From assembly GCA_046290465.1 (NCBI GenBank), contig JBKAGP010000001.1, forward strand, positions 2,208,001 to 2,272,000: 64,000 bases of DNA, written 5' to 3'. The notes beneath the pieces are model-generated. The model ran no database searches. It worked only from the letters and a program-made list of their open reading frames with translations, and had not been told where the DNA came from. Origin of the DNA: Planctomycetota bacterium (GTDB lineage Bacteria > Planctomycetota > UBA1135 > UBA2386). A program made the translations under genes and the position numbers. Shown here piece by piece: positions 49,148 through 58,053 of this stretch (positions are counted from its first letter, which is position 1; every line of letters starts with the position of its first letter).

Positions 49148-51580
49148 CTACGCGCGCGCCAGCTTGTCGACCGCGACGAATGCCACGACGTAGATCGCGA
49201 CCGCGGCCAGCAGCACGAACGTGAAGCCGAAGTTCATCGATACGATCACGGTGAACACCGAGCCCACCACCGTCGCCGAGCCGTTCACGGCCCACGCCCA
49301 GGGAACGAATCCCGGCGACAGCCGGCGCAGCAGCCCGACGCCGTGGGCGAACGGCATGCCGAGCAGCAGGCCGAGCGGCGCGACCATCGCGGCCGCGACC
49401 AGCGCGCGCGTCGTCAGGTCTTCGCCGATCACCGACGCGATCAGCTGGTCGCCCCAGATCACGATGGCGACCGTCACCGCGCCGATCAGCAGCGGGATCA
49501 TGCGCGCGACCCAGACCCCGCCCTTGAGCAGCGGCCCGGACAGGAAGCTGCCAAGGCCGCTGAAGATCAGGATCGAGAACAGCGTCACCACGATCGAGTA
49601 GAGCGGCTGCCCGAGCAGCAGCGTCAGCTTCTGCATGATCGCGATCTCGAGGAAGATGAAGCCGACGCCGATGCCCGAGAAGTACGTCAGGAAGCGCACC
49701 GGATGCGCGCCGCGCACCGCGCCGAGCCGGAACAGCAGCGGCCCGACGATCAGCAGCAGCGCGACCACGGCCGAGAAGCCGAGTTGGTAGAACAGGAACT
49801 TCGGGCTGCCCTGGTTGAGCTCGACGCCCTCGTCGATCGCCTCGTCCTGCAGCTTCTCGGGCGCGTCCCACCGCGTGAAGTTGAAGAAGTACGGCTGGTC
49901 GTCGGTCGTCGGCGAGATGTTCCACTCGAAGCCGTCGATGAACGCCTGCTTGTCGCCCTCGCGCACGAACTTCGCCACGACGTTGTCGAGCTGGTCGCGG
50001 CCGGGCGCGTAGAGCACCCGGTGGCCCGACTCCGCGACGAACGCGTCGAACCGCTGCAGCTCCTCGCTCGGGAACGCGCCCTTGCGCACCATCAGCGTCG
50101 TCAGGTCGCGCGCGGCCAGCATGACCACCGACCGGTCGAGGCCCTGCACGCCCATCTCGACGAACGCCTGGTGCACGTTCGACAGCAGCCGCAGGCGTTC
50201 CCGGTTGGTGCCCATCCGGGTGATCTGCATGATGCCGCCGTCGGCGAGCCGTTCGTACATCTGGCGCACCGCCTCGACGGTGTAGAGGTAGTTCTCCGCC
50301 AACACGTAGGCGCCGCTCGCGAGCGACGTCCACGTGTCGATGCCGGTCATCTGGATGACGTCGTACTGCGACTCGTCGCGCATCAGCGCCGAACGGCCCT
50401 CGTCGCAGACGAACACGACGTCGGGGTCGTCGAGCAGCCCCTTCGACATGTGCCGCGCGACGGTGTCGTGCACCTCGAGCACGCCGCGGTTGAGCTCGAT
50501 GCCCTTGATGAAGCTGGCCCCGAGCAGCTTGTGCGCCCAGATGTCCGGGCCGCCGCCGACCCCGATCACGAACACGCGCGGCTGCGTGCCCTGCTTGACC
50601 GCACCCGAGACGGCGTAGAGCGTGCGCTGCAGGAACTGCTGCGACAGCTCGTTGGTCGTGTAGTCGGTGACGAACGTGCCCGCGTCCCCGTCCTGCATGA
50701 TCCACTTCTGCTCGCCGAACTCGGACTGCGGCACGGTCTTCAGCCTCTGCAGGTCCTTCGGCCCGACGCCGTAGGCATACCACCCGGGCAGCGGCGTCGG
50801 GATCACGTCGATGCGGCTGTTGGCGCTCCAGCGCGAGTAGTCCTTCGCGCCCTCGATCGACATCCACTGCTCTTGCGTGATCTGCAGCTTCTTCTTGGTC
50901 GGCACCGGGAACGCGTCGTCGACGCCCGACACCATCGCGACGCCGAACGCCGCGCCGAGCACCAGCACGATCGCCCAGTTGACCCCGCGCACCACCTTGG
51001 GGGCGACCAGCGCGATCGTCAGCACGCCGAGGATCGCGACCGCGCACAGCGTGCCGCCGGCGCCGACGGGCCACAGCAGCACCGGGCACAGCAGACAGCC
51101 GAGGGCGGCGCCGACCAGGTCGCTGGCGTAGAGCCGGTTCACCCGTTCGCTGTAGGCCGACAGGATCAGGCCGACGGCGCCACCGCCGAAGAAGAACGGC
51201 ACCGCCAGACCGAGGTTGTAGATCGCGAACGTCTGGAAGCCCGCCCAGTCGAGGTCCTGGAACTTGAGCGAGTCCGGGATCGGCCAGGCCCGCGCGAACC
51301 ACCAGATCGCCAGCAGGCTGATCACTTACATCACGCTGAACCCCCAGATCCACGCCTCCGGGTTGTTGCGCCACCTGCGCTCGAACAGGGTCAGCACCGA
51401 GCCGCTGGCGCCGATGCCGAGCAGGCTGTTGGAGATGATCAGGAAGCTGAAGTGGAAAGCGAGGCGCAGCGCGCAGACGCGCGTCAGCAGCACCTGGAAG
51501 GCGAGCAGTGAGGCCGAGAGGACGGCGATCCCGAGGAACATGCCGAGCGGCACCTTCCGTTCGGAGGCGGATTCAGTCAT
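49148..51580 (-). pseudogene. Membrane-bound spermidine-synthase-like methyltransferase interrupted by an in-frame TAA at 51326-51328
   Basis: Two in-frame ORFs; SASLLAFQVLLTR N-terminus, LYASDLVGAALG, VIGVGGG.D, DEGRS, YDVI, ENYLYTVEA, WAWAVNG; may be a sequencing error. Confidence 0.75.
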
Positions 51581-51740
51581 TGGAGAGGCGAGCGCGGCGG
51601 CGCGATAGCGAGGGGTAGAATGGTAGCCCTACACCCACGGGCGGGAACCGCCAACTGCATCCTTCTCCCAGCCCCCCATGCGACCGTCGCTTCGCACGAC
51701 GCTCACGGTCTCTTGCGGGAAACCTCGGCCCGCCGACGCG

Positions 51741-53024
51741 TCAGCGCGCGCCGAACACCTGCGCGCGCGTCAGCCGATGGCGCCGCGTGCCGCTCGGCGC
51801 GGCGACGATGCCGCCTTCGGCGTGCTCGGCCACGCGCACCTCGAAGCACCACGGCTCGTGCCGGAACACCAGCGAGTGCAGCGTGCCGAAGTGGTGGCCG
51901 CCGCCGGCTTCGACCGACGCCAGCATCCGCCACGCCTCGTCGACGTCGACCTTCTCGTCGCCGACTTCGATGCAGCCGGTGATGCCCTGCTGCAGCGTCT
52001 GCTCGCGCCCGCGGCTGTCCGGCGACGACTGCCGGCCGTCCTCGCGGGTGCGAAAGTGGTTGGTGACCACGAACGGCCCGGGCTGCACCGCACCGAGCAC
52101 GCTGTCGTGCGCGTCGGTCTCGAACAGCGCCGCCGGCGTGCCGGACTCGGGCACCTCCGGCAACACGACGTGGGTCAGGAATCCCGCCGGCGGGCTGGTG
52201 TACTCGAGGTGCTCGCGCGCCTGCCGCAGCCGCGCGTCACCGCGCCCGTCGGACTCCAGCACCTTGCGCGCGGCGATCGCCGACGGCCACGACGAAGGCT
52301 CCGGCAGCGAGAACTTCGCCGAGCCGACGTGCAGGTAGGCGGCGACGCCATCGGCGCTGACGCCGGTCACCGTGCCGACGTAACCCGGCCACGCCAGCGA
52401 CGCGACCTTGCGGCCGTCGCCGTGCTCCTGCACGACCAGCAACGTCTCCTTCAGCATGTGCTCGCCGGTCAGCGGCCAGTCGAAGTTGCGCGCGGTCAGC
52501 ACGCCGCCGCCCACGACCTGGTCGCCCCACACGGTGAAGCTGCTGCAGCCCATCAGGCCGAACACGTCGAGCGCGTTGGCGACCAGCAGGTCGGTCTTGT
52601 CGAACGCACGTCCGAGCGCCGGCATGTCGAGGTCGACGCCGGCCTCGAGCAGGCCGCGCCACAGGGCCTCGAGTTCGCGCGCGATGTCGTCGGGATACTC
52701 GATCAGGCGCGGCACCGCGCCGCGCGCCTGGTCGAGCAGCTCCGGTGCCGAGGCGAACCGCGCCGCGAACTCCCGACGCATGATCGTCGCGATGTCGCCG
52801 GCGAGCAGCAGCCCGTGCGCATGGCCGCGCTGCTCGGGCGTGCCCCACAGGCGCAGCACGCGCAGGCCGTCGTGCCGTTCGATCCGGCCGTGCAGCTCGG
52901 AGCCGCGCGAGGCCGGGCTGCGCGCCGCGCGCCGGTCGGGGGCGCCGTCGAGGATCTGCCCGGTGCAGGCGCCCAGAGCCGCCGCCAGGATCACGGCGAA
53001 CGCCGCGCGGAGCCGTTGCTTCAT
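51741..53024 (-). CDS. Peptidase C45 family (Ntn-hydrolase) lipoprotein
   Basis: LGAC lipobox, G.AHG, GCSSF nucleophile Cys, ARNFDW, VTNHF. Confidence 0.85.
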   Translation of the reverse strand: MKQRLRAAFAVILAAALGACTGQILDGAPDRRAARSPASRGSELHGRIERHDGLRVLRLWGTPEQRGHAHGLLLAGDIATIMRREFAARFASAPELLDQARGAVPRLIEYPDDIARELEALWRGLLEAGVDLDMPALGRAFDKTDLLVANALDVFGLMGCSSFTVWGDQVVGGGVLTARNFDWPLTGEHMLKETLLVVQEHGDGRKVASLAWPGYVGTVTGVSADGVAAYLHVGSAKFSLPEPSSWPSAIAARKVLESDGRGDARLRQAREHLEYTSPPAGFLTHVVLPEVPESGTPAALFETDAHDSVLGAVQPGPFVVTNHFRTREDGRQSSPDSRGREQTLQQGITGCIEVGDEKVDVDEAWRMLASVEAGGGHHFGTLHSLVFRHEPWCFEVRVAEHAEGGIVAAPSGTRRHRLTRAQVFGAR

Positions 53025-53040
53025 CGCTGCATGCTACCGC

Positions 53041-54126
53041 TCACCGCAGCGGATCGTCGAGCTGCGGCGGCTCGTCGCCGAGACTCCGTGCCAGCGCGAC
53101 CCGCAGCTCGCGAAGGCCGGCGACGCACTCGCGACGGGCCTGCTCGCAGTCGACGGCGACCTGGAAGTAGCGCCAGAACAGGTCCGGGTTGCTGCGCTCG
53201 TCGAGCTCCTGCAGCGCCGCCAACCGCGCGCGTCGGGACGGCCACGACTCCGACGTCGGCGTCGCCGCCTCGAAGGCCTGCAGCTGCCCGATCGCGCGGC
53301 CGACGCGCTCGACGCCGGCGTGCCAGGCCGAGAAGCCGTACTGCCACAGCTGGTACGGGTTCGCGAAGCCCAGGTCCTCGGCGGTCGGGTTGCCGCGCTC
53401 GACCAGCGTGACCAGGTCGACCAGCACCGGCGCCAGGTCGACCTCGACCGGCAGGGTCGGTTCGGCCGCGGCGAGCGCATCGGCGGCGCGACGCCGCTCG
53501 GCCTCCGGCAGGCCCGTCAGCCAGCGGGCGTCGGCGACCGCGACGGTGCGTTCCACCACCAGCGCCCCCATCATCTTGCCGACCGCCGTCGAGTGGCCGC
53601 ACAGGTCGACGCCGGTGGCGAGCGCGACGGTCCATTCGTCGACGCGCACCGTCGGCTGCGTCGCGAAGCGGGCGCGCACCAGCACCCCGTCGACCAGCGG
53701 CATCAGCCCGTAGAGCGGGTCCCAGTCGCGCGCGGTGCCGAACGCCGCTCGCCAGAACATGCTGCCCTCGGTGCGCGCCGCGTCGCGCAGCTTCTGCAGC
53801 GCCTCCGCCGGCAGTTGGGCCGCGAGCTGCAGCGCTTCGTCCGCGTCGCCGCCGCGGTCCTCGAGCGCCGCGCGCAGCCGTTCGCCGAGCTGGTTGGGCA
53901 CGCCGAGCATCGCCCGGCCGGCCTGCCGGTAGGTACGGCGCGCGTCGCCGGGCAGCGGGTCCCCGAGCAGCACCGGACAGGTGTGCGACGAAGCCGCCAT
54001 GCGATCGAGGCGCGAGCGGGCCCAGCGCACGTCCTGCGACCAGCCGTTCGAATCGGCGGTCAGGCTCGCGACGACGAGCAGGGTCAGGACGGTCAGCGCC
54101 AGCAGCGCCCATCGCAGGGTGGACAT
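53041..54126 (-). CDS. Hypothetical protein with N-terminal membrane anchor
   Basis: AGGAGG RBS, hydrophobic N-terminus, helical composition. Confidence 0.7.
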   Translation of the reverse strand: MSTLRWALLALTVLTLLVVASLTADSNGWSQDVRWARSRLDRMAASSHTCPVLLGDPLPGDARRTYRQAGRAMLGVPNQLGERLRAALEDRGGDADEALQLAAQLPAEALQKLRDAARTEGSMFWRAAFGTARDWDPLYGLMPLVDGVLVRARFATQPTVRVDEWTVALATGVDLCGHSTAVGKMMGALVVERTVAVADARWLTGLPEAERRRAADALAAAEPTLPVEVDLAPVLVDLVTLVERGNPTAEDLGFANPYQLWQYGFSAWHAGVERVGRAIGQLQAFEAATPTSESWPSRRARLAALQELDERSNPDLFWRYFQVAVDCEQARRECVAGLRELRVALARSLGDEPPQLDDPLR

Positions 54127-54180
54127 GCCTCCTGCGACGGACCAGGCGGGCCGGCTATTCCGGCGCCGCCGCGAACGGAC

Positions 54181-55101
54181 CTACTTCGCCTTGCGGTAGA
54201 TGTCCTGCACGCTCTTGAGCAGCTCGAGCGCCTCCGGCAGCGGGCGCTGGAACGCGTTGCGGCCCATGATCGAGCCGAAGGCGCCGCCGTCGGCGAGGCC
54301 CTGGATCTCCTCGAGCACCGCGTCGGTGCCCTTGGCGGCACCGCCCGAGAAGATCGTGATGCGGCGGCCACCGAAGGCGGCCTGCAGCACGTGCTGGGTG
54401 CGCTCGGCCAGCGTGCTGACCGGGATGCCCTCGGCCTCGTAGACCTTGCGCGCCGCGTCCTGCTCGATGTCGGCCGTCGGCGGCTTGACCTTGATGATGT
54501 GCGCGCCGAGCTGCGCGGCGATCTGCGCCGCGTAGGCGCAGACGTCGACCGCGGTCTCGCCGACCTTGCTCAGGCCGCTGCCGCGCGGGTAGCTCCAGAC
54601 GACGACCGCCAGACCGCACGCCTTCGCCTCTTCGGCGATCTCGCGCAGCTCCATGTACATCTCGTTGCGCTCACACGAGCCCGGGTAGATCGTGAAGCCG
54701 ATCGCGGCGCAGCCGAGGCGCAGCGCGTCCTGGACGGAGCCGGTGACGGCCGGCTTCGGATCCGGGTTCGAGTAGAGCGAGTCGCTGTTGTTGAGTTTGA
54801 GGATCAGCGGGATCTGGCCCGCGTAATTGCGCGCACCGGCCTCGAGGAAGCCGAGCGGCGCCGCGTACGCGTTGCAGCCGGCCTTGAGCGCGAGCTCGAA
54901 GTGGTAGTGCGGGTCGTAGCCGGGCGCGTTCTTCGCGAACGTGCGGGCCGGGCCGTGCTCGAAGCCCTGGTCGACCGGCAGGATGACGAACTTGCCGGTG
55001 CCGGCGAGGGCGCCGGTGTCCATCATCCAGCGAAGGTTCTTGAGGACGCCAGGGTGGTCGGATTCGTACCAGCTGAGGATTTCGTCGACGCGCGAGCTCA
55101 T
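54181..55101 (-). CDS. fbaB: Class I fructose-bisphosphate aldolase (DhnA/FbaB type)
   Basis: ILPVDQGFEHGP, GFTIYPGS, WSYPRG, GAHIIKVK, FSGG, GRNAFQRP. Confidence 0.93.
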   Translation of the reverse strand: MSSRVDEILSWYESDHPGVLKNLRWMMDTGALAGTGKFVILPVDQGFEHGPARTFAKNAPGYDPHYHFELALKAGCNAYAAPLGFLEAGARNYAGQIPLILKLNNSDSLYSNPDPKPAVTGSVQDALRLGCAAIGFTIYPGSCERNEMYMELREIAEEAKACGLAVVVWSYPRGSGLSKVGETAVDVCAYAAQIAAQLGAHIIKVKPPTADIEQDAARKVYEAEGIPVSTLAERTQHVLQAAFGGRRITIFSGGAAKGTDAVLEEIQGLADGGAFGSIMGRNAFQRPLPEALELLKSVQDIYRKAK

Positions 55102-55140
55102 GCGAGAGGCCTTTGGGTTCGGGGGGTGTTTTGGCCGAAC

Positions 55141-55168
55141 ATTGTCGGCATGGCGCCCCCCGTTGCAA
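55141..55168 (-). promoter_or_regulatory. Probable sigma70 promoter of the aldolase gene
   Basis: TTGCAA-N16-GACAAT on the minus strand, 40 bp upstream of ATG. Confidence 0.4.
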
Positions 55169-55279
55169 GGACGGCGGGCGACGGAGGCGGCCGATCGGCG
55201 CCGGCGCCGCCACCGTGCATCCCCTGCCAAGGCGCCGGCGCCGCCTGCCGAGCGGCGCACGTCGGCCGGGCCCGGCGTG

Positions 55280-57817
55280 CTACTTCAGCTTCAGGCCTTC
55301 CTTCTGGCGGCCCGTGCCGAACTCCCACACCATGACCAGCATGTCGGCGCCGCCGAGCTGCAGGTAGGCGCGCGCCTGGTAGTACTTGCCCGCGCGCAGC
55401 GGCTCCTTCGGGATCGCGAACAGCACGTCGCGCATGTCCCGCTTCTTGTTGAGCGGCACCTTCGGCGTGTGCACGTAGCACTCGACCTGCTTGCGGCAGC
55501 GCGACGCCCACGCGGCCATGTCCTTGCCCTGCGCGGCGACGAAGTTCTTCGTCGGCGGCCGGCCGCCCTTGCGCGACTCCCACAGCTCGATGCGGCAGTC
55601 GCCGAGGATGCGCGAGGTCTCCAGCTGCAGCTGGCAGCTGACGACGTAGCCGCACCTGGTCACGTCCTTCTCGTCCTCGGGCTGGTCCTCGAGCGGGTTC
55701 GGCAGCTCGGGGTCGCCGAAGTGCGTCGGGATGTTCTTGGCGTCGCGCGGCGGCCAGACCACCAGGCGCGGCGCAGTGGCCGGGTCGTACGGCTCCTGCA
55801 GCGAGCTCATGTCGAGCACCGACGCGAAGTTGGTGCCGTTCTCGTGGTGCGAGTAGCCGAGCCGCTTGATGTTGTGGCGCAGCATCGGGAAGCGGTGGTA
55901 CGGCGCGCTGATCCAGCCGTCGATCGAGTCGCGGGCCATCGACTCGCTCATCCGGCCGGTGCCCCAGATGATGTTGCCGGTGCCGGCCTGCTGCCCCTGA
56001 CGGGTGAAGTCCTCGTGCGCCGGATCCTCCTCGTGCGCCTTGAGGTCGCGGCTCTCGGCGTGCTCGGGGTGGTTGGTCAGGTACTTGGCGTGCAGGTCAC
56101 AGCCGATGGTCGTCTCGGCGTCCATCTCGCACTCGCTGAGCGTGACCCACTGGCCCTCGGTCATGTTGGCGCCCGCCGGCCACGTGTAGCCGACCTCCTG
56201 GCTCCGCACGAGGTTGATCTGCTCGAGCGCGGCGATCTCGATGTCGCTCGGACGCTCCGGCAGCAGCGGCGGGCCGTAGCCGGTGCCGTAGGCGACGCCG
56301 CTGTCGCCGCGCGCCCACTCGCGCCATTCGGCGTCGATCTGCTCGCTCGACTTCTTCAGCGTCTTGACGACGATCTCCTCGACCTCCTCCAGCGTCGGCA
56401 CCTTCTTGTCGGCGTCCGGTAGCAACAGGAAGAACGGGACCCACTGCTCCGGGTAGGCCGCCATCATCCAGGTCATCAGGCTCCAGGTCTTCATCCGGCA
56501 GTCGTTGCGGAAGCGGCTCAGCTTCTCGCGCGGGACCTGTGCCATCGGCCAGTCCTGGTCGGAGACGGCCTGGTCGCGCACGGTGCGCATCCACCAGTTG
56601 GTACCTTCGGGCAGCGCCAGGCTGTCCTCGCCGACCGTGCCCTCCGGGATCGCGCCCCACTTGGAGATCGACGTCGCCTTCAGGTACCAGGTCACCGCGT
56701 GGATGATGCCCTGGCCGATGCCGTCGTTGCGCTGGATGCACAGGCCATACATGACGACGTTGGCGATGATGCTGTCCTGGATGTGGCGCGGCGACGAACC
56801 GACGACCATCACCGAGGGCCCGTACTTCGAACGCCACGAGTTGTTGACGAACCGCATCGCCTCCTCGGGGGTGCGGCCGTTCAGGATCTGCGGGTTGGCC
56901 TTGAGGAACTCCTCGCGCTCGCGCGACGTCGCCAGGAAGCCGTACATCTTCCAGGCCTTGGTCGCGTTCTGGCGGAATGCCAGTCGCTTGGCGTCCTTCG
57001 GGCCGAGCAGGTACTCCATGAACTCGACGGTGCGCTCGCCCCACATGACGGCGTCGTTGGCCATCTCCTGCGAGCCGCGCAGCCAGACGCAGAAGTTCTT
57101 GCTCTTGGCTCCGTGCACTTCGAAGCTCGGCTTCAGCATCCACGCCGGCGCGTTCGCGACCAGGTTCTGGATCTCGACCGGCAGCTCCGACTCGGGCAGC
57201 TCCTCGAACTCGTATTCCTTGCGGGCGAACTCGACCGCCTTCTTCTCGATCTCGAGCATCTTCTTGGCGAAGACGATCTGCTCGTCGGTGCCGAAGAAGT
57301 CGCGGTTGTTGAGGTTGGCCTCCTTGCGCCCGAGCGCGAGGTTGGCCTCGCGATTGTTCGGGTTGTAGTAGACCGCCTTCTCGAGGTGGTAGGTCGCCCG
57401 CTCTTTGTCGCCCGACTCGCGCAGCTGCAGGCCGAGCTTCTCGTGCTGCGTGCTGAGCTTGATCGACGTCTTGGCCCACTCCTCGAGGATCTTGAAGCGG
57501 TCCTCGTACTTGGCCTTGTCGCGCCACTTCTTGCGCTTCTCCTTCGGCAGGCCGACCCACTCGCCCTTGACCTTGCGGAAGCCGAGCTCGCTGCGCGCGC
57601 GCTTCTGGTCGGGGTCGTACTCGAGCACCAGGTTGAGCGCCTGCAGTGCGCGCGGGCCGACCTTCTTGGACTTGGCCTTGGAGGAGAACTTGAGCAGTTC
57701 GCTGACGCAGTTCTTGGTCAGCGACGCCTCGGTGGCCTGCGCGCGCAGGCTCGGAAGCGAGACGCCGACGGCGCAGATCAACAGGAGAAGGGTCCGGACG
57801 TGACGGTTGCGATGCAT
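55280..57817 (-). CDS. Secreted protein: TPR-like N-terminus, degenerate DUF1570-like middle, CAP/SCP domain
   Basis: Signal LRA-Q; YDPD..RARSELGF; INLVRS..HAKYL..H.E..WISAPYHR..ML...LG CAP motifs. Confidence 0.78.
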   Translation of the reverse strand: MHRNRHVRTLLLLICAVGVSLPSLRAQATEASLTKNCVSELLKFSSKAKSKKVGPRALQALNLVLEYDPDQKRARSELGFRKVKGEWVGLPKEKRKKWRDKAKYEDRFKILEEWAKTSIKLSTQHEKLGLQLRESGDKERATYHLEKAVYYNPNNREANLALGRKEANLNNRDFFGTDEQIVFAKKMLEIEKKAVEFARKEYEFEELPESELPVEIQNLVANAPAWMLKPSFEVHGAKSKNFCVWLRGSQEMANDAVMWGERTVEFMEYLLGPKDAKRLAFRQNATKAWKMYGFLATSREREEFLKANPQILNGRTPEEAMRFVNNSWRSKYGPSVMVVGSSPRHIQDSIIANVVMYGLCIQRNDGIGQGIIHAVTWYLKATSISKWGAIPEGTVGEDSLALPEGTNWWMRTVRDQAVSDQDWPMAQVPREKLSRFRNDCRMKTWSLMTWMMAAYPEQWVPFFLLLPDADKKVPTLEEVEEIVVKTLKKSSEQIDAEWREWARGDSGVAYGTGYGPPLLPERPSDIEIAALEQINLVRSQEVGYTWPAGANMTEGQWVTLSECEMDAETTIGCDLHAKYLTNHPEHAESRDLKAHEEDPAHEDFTRQGQQAGTGNIIWGTGRMSESMARDSIDGWISAPYHRFPMLRHNIKRLGYSHHENGTNFASVLDMSSLQEPYDPATAPRLVVWPPRDAKNIPTHFGDPELPNPLEDQPEDEKDVTRCGYVVSCQLQLETSRILGDCRIELWESRKGGRPPTKNFVAAQGKDMAAWASRCRKQVECYVHTPKVPLNKKRDMRDVLFAIPKEPLRAGKYYQARAYLQLGGADMLVMVWEFGTGRQKEGLKLK

Positions 57818-58003
57818 GTTCGAAGGACGGACGGCGGTCCGTGCGGCGGGCAGTGTACGGGCTCGACAGGTCCGTCGCAGCAGGCAGTCGCGAAAGCGGG
57901 AACTGTGCCCTTGCAGCTCACCGCAGCGGGGCCGCGTTCGTAGCGGCGGCCGGTGGTACATGCCGACGGCCGACGCGAGCGCGCCGGCCGTCGGGCAATG
58001 GGA

Positions 58004-58050
58004 CTCTGAGAGAGAGAGGGAGAGAGTCTGCAGGCCCCCTGCGGGGCCCG
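58004..58050 (-). terminator. Probable terminator after the S8 peptidase gene with CT-rich tail
   Basis: GC hairpin gggccccgcagggggcc then ctctctccctctctctctc on the minus strand. Confidence 0.4.
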
Positions 58051-58053
58051 ACG

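Noticed and set aside
51326..51328. Stop-codon reassignment or Sec/Pyl recoding
   Set aside because: Single case; TAA is not a Sec/Pyl codon and serves as a normal stop at 13554-13556
58004..58028. GA microsatellite as a phase-variation tract
   Set aside because: Interrupted, intergenic and directly after a hairpin; better explained as a terminator tail
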